DNA of 62,481 bases, filler included, from Choristocarpus tenellus KU-1152 (Eukaryota > Protista > Phaeophyceae): the NCBI GenBank assembly GCA_964200185.2. It is 5 parts of 5 records of this genome, joined end to end, with 100 filler letters (N's around TTAATTAATTAA, not from the genome) between each part and the next. Parts side by side here need not be neighbours in the genome. Positions count along the whole stretch, not along the records: positions 33,084 to 62,481 come from CAXNAD020000109.1; 4 more parts are not named here. One strand, written 5' to 3'. Shown piece by piece: positions 50,501 to 60,841 of this stretch. The notes under the pieces are model-generated. The model did not search any database. It was given only the letters and a program-made list of their open reading frames with translations, and was not told the origin of the DNA. The position numbers and the translations under genes were made by a program. Each line of letters opens with the position of its first letter. Within the stretch, counting starts at the first letter, position 1.

Positions 50501-53500
50501 TTTTGTGCTCTGAGAAAACAAAAAAGGTTGGAATCTGATGTTTTATGTTTTGTTGCTAATTTTTTTATTTTTTATTCTCTATTCCCTATTCTTGTTACAA
50601 TCTTCAATACACACTCATGTACTTGATGTATATCTGTGAAGGTGCTTGTATCGGGCAGGGGGGGAATGAACCGCTCCATTCATGGGGATATGGTGGCTGT
50701 TGAGCTCCTTCCACAGCACATGTGGCGGCCTCCAGCGGACAAGAGGAGACTGACCTTTGCTTCCATTGAGGACAGTTTTGCTAGAGAGGTGGGGGCGGAA
50801 GATGAGGAGGGCACTGGTGGTGAGTATGTGCCTGCATGCATGGAAAGTTGTCAATGAATTTGTAGATTTTGTCTTACAGATGTGTATGTCTTGTGCTGTT
50901 CCCGTTAGACTGGTGTGCCTGATTAGGGTTAAGTTAAGGCTAGTCTGCAGTGGAGCTTTCTATTGGTTGAGTGTTTTTTGAACATAAGTTCGATGCATGA
51001 TGCGACGGTGCTCAAACAGTTTTTCATCTAACCCTAACCCTAAGCATCAAGTAACATGCTCAAATCCATTGTCAGAAAGGGAGTACTCGACGAAAGCAGA
51101 AGTGTAAAAGGGTAACACGTACCTGACATAAGGCAGAGAAAGCAGAAGTGCAGCAATTCAGAAAACGTTTATAGAAGTATCTAAAAAAGAAATAAAATTG
51201 CGTGCGTATCTGCGTTTGTGTACTATACTTCACCACTGCAGAACCAATCCTTAGAACCCTCTTATTGGTGTGGTATCCTAATCCCAATATCCCTAACTCC
51301 AAACTTATCCATGCCAGAGTCAAATGTATGTATGGTGTACTATGTGTTCAGGCAGGGATGACAATGGGGTTGCGGGTTGTAAGTTTGGTGTTGGTGTAGA
51401 AGGAACTGTTGATGATGTGTTGGATTTGTCTTACTTTGTTAGGACTAACCAACTCGATGTTCCACTCACCCACCGACCCCCCCAATGTAGTTGGTGGAAA
51501 TTTTGTATATATTTTTTGGCAATAGCGACGCCCTGCGGCATACTTCAGTGTATATACCCCTAACCCTAAGCTGAACCTAGTCTACAACAAAAATGAATTA
51601 ATTATGTGCTCAGGTGGAAAGGGTCTCCCCCCACCCCCGGGTTCCATGCCAACTGGAAGGATCGTGGGAGTCCTAGAACCTGGATGGCGACCATATGTTG
51701 TCACAATACCTTCGGAGGAAGGGTTAGGGTTGACCGGGGCGAAGGTCGCTGGGGGGGAAGAGTCGGTGATGGCGGTGCCCATGGATCCCCGTGTGCCAAA
51801 GATTAGACTACGAACCAGGCAGCTGAGACAGGTGAGGAGGGTTAGGGTTAGGGTTAGGGTTAGGGTTAGGGTTAGGGTTAGGGTTAGGACGGTTTGGGGT
51901 CATGTAGGGCAGATGAGGGAGTGAGAGTGTTGATAATGAAGCTCTGTGGTAGGGACTAGGGCAGGTGAGAGCAGGGCATCAACAGAAGTGGAGCACGTTT
52001 GGGATGTGCACAGTTACAATAGAGATCTGAAATTACATCGATAGTTGGACTTTTTTTACCTGTACTCAAAGGGTGAGGGGTAGGATTAGGGTTAGGGTTA
52101 GTTTTGATAGCTGTATACTATATTTGTGCTTTTTTGCTTGGTGTAACACACACACATTTTTTTCAAGACTTAACTATGTGGAAAACACAATTGTTTAAGA
52201 GGTATTGATATTAGTATGTTGTATTGTGCTGCAGCGTAGTCCCTTTATAGCTTGCTCTGACGATCCTTATGTCGCAGAAAAAAGGAACAGTATGTCACCA
52301 ATTTGTTGTTCCTTCCAAAGCGTTTTTTATAAAGTATTAGAATTAGAATTTCCATAGCTTTCTGTGATGTATTTACTCCTGAAAATAGGTACTACATTTG
52401 TATTTGGACTACTACAATATGCTATTCCTCTATTGCATGCTAATAAAAATAAGACACTTTGTCTCGTGTTTGTCTTTTTTAAATTCAGATTGTGGGTCAG
52501 CGCATTGTGGTGTGCCTGGATGGTTGGCCGGAAGGATCTTTCTATCCTTTGGGGCACTATGTGTCCTCACTGGGCCCAGTTGGGGAGGTGAGTAACCTAC
52601 GAAGTACCAACAAAGTACCAACAAAGTACCAACAAAGTACCAGCAGAGTAGTACGAGATATAGACCAGAAAAGTACTTATGAAGTATGAGCAAAGTGCCA
52701 ACAAAGTGCCAACAATGTACCAACAAAGTACCAACAAAGTACCAATAAAGCACCAACAAAGTACCAACAAAATATCAACAAAGTACCAGCAAAGTGCCAA
52801 CAAAGTACCAGCAGAGTAGTACCAGATATAGACCAGAAAAGTACTAATGAAGTACGAGCAAAGTACCAAATATTCAAGTTGTGGCTGCGTGTTATGACAG
52901 TAAGGTAAGGACAATATACCTTAGACAACATATATACCTGAGCTGTGGGGCCTATAGCAGGTCATAGTGTCGATCCCTCTCCTGATGAGGTGGTCCACAT
53001 TTCTCTTTCATGTCCTGCTCTGAATCACACATGGGATACACTTATGTGAGAAATTGGATTGATAGATGCTAGTATTGTAGATATTTCACAGTAATGGATA
53101 CCTGGCTCTCATTCTCACTTCACTGGATTTTTAAATGGAGTTGTTGATAGTAGTTGTGTGGTACTGTATATGATGTTCACGAGTCAATGTAACTGACAGG
53201 GGTTAGGGTTAGGGTTAGGGTTAGGGTTAGGTTCAGAAAGAAATTTTCCAATTTTTCTTCTGAAAGAAGATGAAGGAGACATTCACATTGATAGGGATAA
53301 CTTGTTTCTGTGAACTTGAAGTACTCACATAGCTGTCAAATTGCACTCCACTGGTGTGGACAGTGTGCTTCAAGAACATTTGCCACCAAAGAGTCAGAGG
53401 AGTCCCTCTCGATTACATTGTTCCTTGTTTATATTAGTTTTTTGCTTGTATGTATTATTTAGGGTTAGGGTTAATGTCAACTGATATTTGGCACGTGTTG

Positions 53501-56500
53501 TCATTGGGGTGAATGAAGCAACATACAAGAGAACCAATCCAACATAAAAATGACACTACTCTGTATTTCTTACAACAAACGCCTTTCTGCACAGCATACA
53601 TTTCTGTAGCTTTCTGATTATCCTAACCCTAACCATAATACTAATACTAATACTAATACTAGAGATCATTTGAAAATCACAGGAATAGTCTAGTGTTGTT
53701 TGACTTAGATCATGGAGCTTTGATTTCTACTTCTTGTTAGAGTGATATGTATGTGTAATAGTCTAATCTTCTTGATTGTGGTTCTAATCTTCTTGATTGT
53801 GGTTCAATTACTATTAATAGATAATGTTATCGTTGTTCGTTTCGACTTGCTTGTCTGCCGCTCAGAACAAGATGAGATTACGGATCCACTAACCTATGAC
53901 CTTTGCCATTGTAATTTAGAACACAGTTTACAATACATGTAAAAACTTTGCTATTATTTTTGGTCGATTTCCTTTATTGTACCGCCAACTGGGAGTTCCA
54001 GGGACGATTTACATAGCTAACATTATTAGCTTTCTATCACTTTAATACCTTTGAATACATCTATTACCTGCAGTATCCTGAAAAAGGTGGCTTCAAACAC
54101 CCAGTCCCAAGTTGCGGGTAACCTAACATGGCCTTACAAGCTGCAGTACCCTGAATGGACACTGTTGGCAAGTGAGATCTCAACTCTCTCGGAGTATTTA
54201 TAAAATGGCTGATTGTTGTCATAGTCCACCGAAATGAGTAGGGACTGTTTATATTTGGTCTATACCAGAAACTACTTGATACCTTACATCACATCTTATA
54301 TCTTACATCTTACATCTTACATCTTACACCTCATATATTATACCTTACACTGCCTGTGACAAACTTGGTGATGATGTAGTCTCTGACCATCCATCCAATT
54401 TTTTCAATGTACTTAGGGTTGGGGTTGGGGTTGGGGTTCAGTTAACCCTAACACTAACAATAACACAAGTACCAACCTATCGCAAGTTAATACAAATGAC
54501 TGTTAAGGTCAGGGTTAAGGTCAGCCCTATAACCCTAGCACCAATACCAACAACATCACCAATATGTCATTCTCATTCAATGTACTTGACTCTTAGTTTC
54601 ATGGTTAAGTTGAACACTAACACTAACACTAACACTAATATGATCACCAACCTGTCTTTGCATTGAATCTAACTTATCATTGCATTGAATCAATCTAAGT
54701 TGTCACTGCATTGAATTGAATCTAAGATATCATTGCATTGAATTGAATCTAACTTATCATTGCATTGAATTAATCTAACTTATCACTGCATTGAATTGAA
54801 TCAGGTGGCAAGTGAAGCAGCAGCGCTCTTGGTGGAGTGCGAAACCCGATTTGACTCCTTCAGCTTCAATGCCTTAGCCTCCCTGCCACTGGTACCAAAT
54901 CCGCCTAAGGTAAAACAATACCACGAATTGACCACTTGGAGTTGGTACTGTCAATGTTGGCGTTGTTATTGTATATGACTGTCTCCTTTTCTTCACAATA
55001 GTGAATGTCAAGCATTGAGATAACTGAGATACCACTATTCCACAGGGACAGACAGTTGTGGGGGTGGGGGGGGAGTTGGTATTTATTGTTGGTGTTGTTA
55101 TTGCATGTAACTGTATTTTTTTCTTCATAATACTGGATATCAAATATTGAGATACCTGCTGTTCCACTGGGTTAGATAGCCAAATGACTGCCTGCTCTGG
55201 TAGAACATGATATCTCAATGTTTCACATGGACCAATCATATCATTATTATTATCATGGATCGACCTAGGGTAATTGTTGAACAATCAGAATATTTCTTCT
55301 TTCAAGCATATCCGAATTTAAAGTATGCATTACATTTTTGTTCTTCAAAATTGTACTATTTTAATTTTTTTGTGCATTTTGGCACAACTCCCATCCCACT
55401 GCAATTTTTATTTACTACCATTAATATAGTTGATATTAATGCTCTATTCCATTTCTTTCACTCTTTTTGTTTAGCTAGTAAGGTGCAGATGTGGGTCTTA
55501 ACATGCCATTCCTTGAACTTGCAACTAATTTCACAGGGTATTGATCTCTGCTAACCCTATTTCTTACTGTTTCTGTACTAACTCTAACCCTAACTCTAGC
55601 TCTATGAACCCATACCAATTGATATGAAAAATGGAAAGTACTGTTTAGATATGATACAATATAGTACAGATATTAGTACTTGTAGCTATCGTTAGATGTT
55701 AAGTGGTGACCTTAGTATTGTCAAACTGCCTCCTGTTCTCTTTGTATTGTTTTAAAAAAGGTATGGAAAAGAACGATATATGTGTTTTTTATGATAATTC
55801 TCCCAGTAGACTTTTGTACAGACATTGCACAGCATATATGTGTTTTTTATGATAATTCTCCCAGTAGACTGTTGTGCGAATTGGTGTAAGGGTTAGGGTT
55901 AGGGTTAGGGTTAGTGTTGCATCGTTGCCTAATGCAGTCAGCTACCCACCTACCTACCATGGGCGTTTTTTTCTGGGGGGGTCATTATAGGTACTACTTC
56001 ATAATGTGCACATGCTAAGAATGCTAGCACGATTGAAGTTGACTTTAATGGGAAGATTTTTTTTTGTTTTTTGTCCATGAATCAGGTTGGTGATCCACAA
56101 GCTGCTTCTTGGCAATTTCTTAAGATTGTTTCTCTTGACAATATTACTAGATTAGGGTTAGGGTTAGGGTTAAACCCTAAGATCTCTTGACTATGTTGGA
56201 GGCGTTTTCCTTGGTTGGTGTGGTCACTAACTAGGTGGTGAAGTGATTGAGCTCTTTAGCAGTGTGTTCAGTGCATTACACTTTAAGTGTTAACTTTCAT
56301 CTCCAAGAATATGCATTGCACTTTCAAGAATATTGAGTCATGAGTATCGTCTCATAGGCTTGGGCAAGGCTGTTGTGAAGAAATATTTGATAAACAACCA
56401 GTCGATGCTGGTGTTGGTTCATATGCTGAAGAATGCCCAAATCACCTGCAAGTTGGATAAACTATATCCTTTATTTTATGTATGTACGGATCAATTGCTG

Positions 56501-59500
56501 TTCCTGTCATGAAAAAATATGAGTTGCCTATGCACTTAGGGGGATATGTTGGCGAGTCAAAGATTTAGGAGTTAACTCCTCCGTTTGTGTATCCCAAATG
56601 TATCCCAAACGTATCCCAAATGTATCCCAAGTGTATCCCAAATCATGTGTACCCTTTAACGATTCTGATAGTGGTGTGGGACAAACCTTCCAATCTAACC
56701 ACCACCTGGTGAGATACTGACAAATCAACATACTGATTTCTACAACTTGTGCTCACATACACAGTGGAGGGATTCAGCTGAACGTAGTCGTGTTGACGAA
56801 CATGTTTGTGTGTTAGGGTTAGGGTTATTGGCACCGATAACTTAGTTTGTGTATGTGTTTTGCATGATTAGGGTTAGGGTTAGGTGAGTTACACCGACTA
56901 ATCATTTGTGTACATGAACAGATATAGGCACATTTTTTTGAGGATTAGGGTTAGGGTTAGGGTTAGGGTTAGGGATACATGGACAAAATCTATCGACTTC
57001 AACGGTAAAGGGCGATCCCCTCAGGGATTGAACCTAGAAAGATATCACACTGAGAGCATTTCTCTTTGCACTGCAGTACTGGTTCTTCCACAATACTACA
57101 CTTAGGATAAATGAGTTGTATAATTGATAATATCGTTCAACAAGGGAATCAAGTACAAAACATATGATATATATATATATAATATGACATATGATTATAT
57201 TGTAATTAACTGCAGTAACAAAAACATTATATTTTTACACAATTGTTGTTTCTGATTAAATGACAAGGTAAGATTATATGTGACGATGAGGTAGGGACAA
57301 ATCAGTAATACACAATCAACTATTATTAGTAATACACAATAAACTATTGTCTTCTCTCAGTGCATACGAACAAATCATGTATACATGCTGACAAAATGGT
57401 GATTGATAATCACAAATCATGTGTGTATGATAACCAACAAGTGTTGCATTGACAAATTGGGATTTGTTCATCCTTCCCCAACACTTCTTTGTACTCAGTA
57501 CATGATCTATGGTACAAGATTCTTTTTGTTGGGTAGAAATGACTTACACATTTTAGTTTTGTTCTGATTTGTGAAGTGTAAGTGAGTTCACCATGACAGG
57601 TCCAATGTGTGAAATCCTCTCTATAATACACCCCAGAGGTGGTGGTAACTTCATCACTCCTACGAACTATAACCCTAACCCCTAACCCCTAATTTTATTT
57701 TTGATGTAGCTGTACTGTAAAATAGACTTTGAAGTGTTTTATATATATTTTTTTGCACATGGCAATACGAGTACATATGAGTACTCTGAGCCCTTAGTTC
57801 CTGACCCTAACCCTAAACCTAGACTTTATTTTTTGTAGTCTTGTTCCATTTTTTTATCATTGAAGCAATGTGCAGAGTAAAAACTTACTCTCCTCACTTT
57901 AGCCCTCACCTTGCCCTTCTGAATACTTATTTTTTATATTTTGCCCTGAAATGCAGGTGTTGGAACAATCACTTGCCTTCCCTAACCCTAGCCTGATTTA
58001 TTCTATTTCTGATGTTATTGTTACAATTGTTGTTGATGCTTGGATTTCATTTTATCATTGTGGATTTGTTCTTGGAACTGACTTCCTCTAGCCCTAACCC
58101 TGATACTGCAACCCAGTACAGTATCATGACACCTAGTGATACCCCATCTTTATCCCTACCATTTCATTCTTCTTTTTTTATCACTTATTTTTCTCCATAC
58201 CCTAACCCTAACCCTGAAATGCACTACAAGAGAAGTATCACCTGTATCTCTCTCCTCCAGATCGGACCTTGAAGCGAAACCTATAGTACCCACCACCTTT
58301 TTTTATTTTATTTTTTTAATTATTTTTTTTGAAAGGTAATAATGGATCGGTTCTCTAGTAGTGAACCAGGAAGTGCTGCAGACTTGGCCAGCAGCATGTC
58401 CTCGTCAATATCAACCCGGACAAGGATGACAGCAACCGCTGCTGATATGGAACACCCTGAACATGGATTTGGACAGTCTCCACCCTGGGAAGATTCTGGG
58501 TGGAAAATGATGAGCACAGACCTTGAGGGGCGACGAGATCTGAGGGAGATGATGGCCATGAGTGTTGACCCACCAGGTTGTCAGGATATTGATGATGCAA
58601 TTCATGTTCGCAGGTTGCCCAACGGCAATATTGAGGTGGGTATAGGGTTAGGGTTAGGGTTAGGGTTAGGGTTAGGGTAGGATTTGTTTTGGTCAAACGT
58701 GTCCCAGTAGCCTCGAGTTAGGGTTAGGGTAACTTGTGGAGTCCTCATTCTGGGATTTTATGTTAGTTCTCTTGGAATTTCCTATGAACATTTATTTCCT
58801 GGGACAGATTTTTATTTTTATTTTTATTTTCAGTTGCCTGTGAACCTGACTCTGTATAGAAGGTAACTGACCTGTTCTGTATGGATTTATGTCAACCTCC
58901 TATCTCTACTCAAATGCTTCAAAATGAAGTTTCCAGGGTGGTCAATTCTTAAGGTTAGAGTTAGGGTTGCTATAGCATGAATAATATTTGATAGGGCAGT
59001 GGCATGATTAGCACTTGGGTCAGTCGGCCAGGGTTAGGGTTAGGGTTAGGGTAATGTTTGTTGATCAATGGTTAGGGCTAGAGGTTAGGGTTAGCGTTAA
59101 TTGTAGTTCTGGTGTATGATAACGTGCCAAGAGCATGGATATGACTGTTGTGAATTCGGTAAATATGCATGTAATTATTGTTCTTCCATGTTTTTATTGC
59201 TGCTAAATATTTCCTTCTGGTGTGAATATTTTTTAGAGATTTTTTTTTCTGTATTGGATATATTTTTTAATACTCTACTGTTTTGAATATCTGTGTAATT
59301 TTTTTTGTTTTCTTCAATTATTTGAGGTGGTTCAATTGTTTCCTTTTAAAAAAAAACTCATTCTGACATGCAGATTAGTTTTGGTACACCTTTTGTTATT
59401 ATTACTGTTATTATTGTTGGTAGTATTTTGTTTGGTGTTTGCTAGCTCCTCACTTGCACAACACAACTCAGCACAACTAACTTTATGTTGTACTAGTAAG

Positions 59501-60280
59501 TAACAAAGTATGTTTCCAGACAGATGACGTTGTAGAGCAATGAAGCTTGTAGAGCAAGGAAGCTTCAGTGCCGTGGTTGATAATGAAAATTTCATAGAAA
59601 ATGGACATGAACTTTTGCTTGACAATATGTGTTTTAGAATCAAATGGACCAAGGGTAGTCCAGCTAAATGTTTACTCAAGAGTTGATGTCACTATTGCAG
59701 TATTACTATCTTATTAGGATAATATTATCTTATCTGCCCTAATCCTAACTCTAATCCTGGCAATACTGTCAAGCATATTAATGTATACTGTGAAGAGTAT
59801 ATATATATTTTTTGTTAAGAGTGTTGACATGAAATTCGCTAGCTGCCACTATGAGAATACTTCAATTTCTCCTGACACACCTTTCTTAATTTTTTTGAAA
59901 TATATACTATTAATTGTAGTAATTTACTGTCAGCTGTCACTTTCTTTGTTCAACTACCACGCCTTCTTTTTTTCTTTTTTGTCATGTAGTTATATGTTTA
60001 TTTGGATTATTATTATTATTATTATTGTTATTAATATTATGTCACAGGTGGGTGTTCACATTGCAGATGTCACACGCTTTGTGCCTGAGGGAAGTGCCCT
60101 TGATCGAGAAGCTAGGGTTAGGTCTACCACTGTCTACCTGGTGCACCGGAGGATCGACATGCTACCACCTTTGCTCTCAGGGGATGTGTGTTCCCTGCAT
60201 CAAGGGAGGGACCGATTGGCTGTTTCAGCAATGTGGGAGGTGGAAGAGGATGGATATGGGGGACTAAGGATATCTAAGAG
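38523..60280 (+). CDS. DIS3L: DIS3/RRP44-like (DIS3L-type) RNase II/RNB 3'-5' exoribonuclease; exons 38523-38693, 38840-39040, 40805-41338, 50020-50280, 50642-50819, 51614-51831, 52489-52587, 54805-54909, 58336-58635 and 60048-60280; 3' end beyond the window
   Basis: Contains [12 protein letters not shown]-like [12 protein letters not shown]1 [56 protein letters not shown], and RNB motifs [26 protein letters not shown] and [20 protein letters not shown]. All exon phases are compatible. The paralogue assignment is tentative. Confidence 0.93.
42500..44000 (-). mobile_element. Possible second decayed non-LTR (CRE-like) RT fragment in DIS3L intron 3
   Basis: [13 protein letters not shown] at ~43953-43991 resembles the RPIAVG..LRR RT motif. 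The rest is badly degraded. Confidence 0.35.
45011..45048. repeat. (ATGGAT)n microsatellite
   Basis: About six tandem units. Confidence 0.9.
45050..47700 (-). mobile_element. hAT-like transposase relic in DIS3L intron 3
   Basis: Fragments VWNRF (BED-finger-like), [12 protein letters not shown] and [12 protein letters not shown] (A..L.PRF..L) occur in the expected order on the minus strand. Confidence 0.45.
51839..51888 (+). repeat. (TTAGGG)n interstitial telomere-type array
   Basis: About eight units starting ~10 nt after the exon 6 donor. Many similar arrays occur elsewhere (e.g. 32237, 44420, 47261, 53200, 55890, 56946, 58643, 59030). Confidence 0.95.
52602..52870 (+). repeat. 11-bp AAAGTACCAAC minisatellite with higher-order duplication
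   Basis: AAAGTACCAAC variants are punctuated twice by CAGCAGAGTAGTAC-AGATATAGACCAGAAAAGTACT-ATGAAGTA-GAGCAAAG. Confidence 0.9.
54659..54803 (+). repeat. ~22-27-bp TGCATTGAATTGAATCTAACTTATCA minisatellite abutting the exon 8 acceptor
   Basis: Five to six imperfect units ending in GAATCAG|G. Confidence 0.85.
56588..56643 (+). repeat. 10-bp GTATCCCAAA tandem repeat
   Basis: About five imperfect units. Confidence 0.85.
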
Positions 60281-60584
60281 GTGTGATAAGAAGTGGTGCT
60301 GAAATGAAGTGGGATAGAGCTAAGACCCTAACCTTGAGCCTAAGCCTCAGTCAATTTCAGCAATACCTGTTATTGTAATATAATTTTTCCCTGGTATTAG
60401 CAGTGATCACATCAATTTGATCATCGCATCAATGTTATTTTATTATTATGCCCTCTGACATTTTGCAGATGTGTCAGGGGGAAACCAATGAAAAGACAAT
60501 ATTTGACAGTGGTGAAGTAACTGATTAGTGGTTTCCACGCAATGTCCTATGGTATTCTTATGTTTAGGACATTTTATATACACA

Positions 60585-60841
60585 GATTGAAAGTATCTTA
60601 GAGGGTACGAGTTTTGCCCTGTTTGTCCATTTGGGGCTTGGCTTCCTATGGAGTACTTGTATGACATCTTCCTATTACAAATGTTTCGGAGTAGGTAAAT
60701 GTGTACGTCATGAAAAGGTGTGTCCGTATTAAGGATATTGACAATTCCTAACTAATAGAACAGTCAAGACCACATCAAAATCGCAACATTGGATTTTGTC
60801 CCCGAAATGGACGCGACTCTACCCTCTAAGATACTTTGGCT
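60585..60841 (+). mobile_element. ~257-bp element, copy 5, in the intron after DIS3L exon 10
   Basis: Runs GATTGAAAGTATCTTAGAGGGTA...TACCCTCTAAGATACTTTGGCT. Flanks are CACA and CATA. Confidence 0.9.

Noticed and set aside
52602-52870. Repeat array as a possible CRISPR
   Set aside because: Contiguous 11-bp units with no unique spacers, in a eukaryotic intron, with no cas genes.
52430-52931. ORFs with [11 protein letters not shown] repeats
   Set aside because: These are translations of the minisatellite on the antisense strand of an intron.
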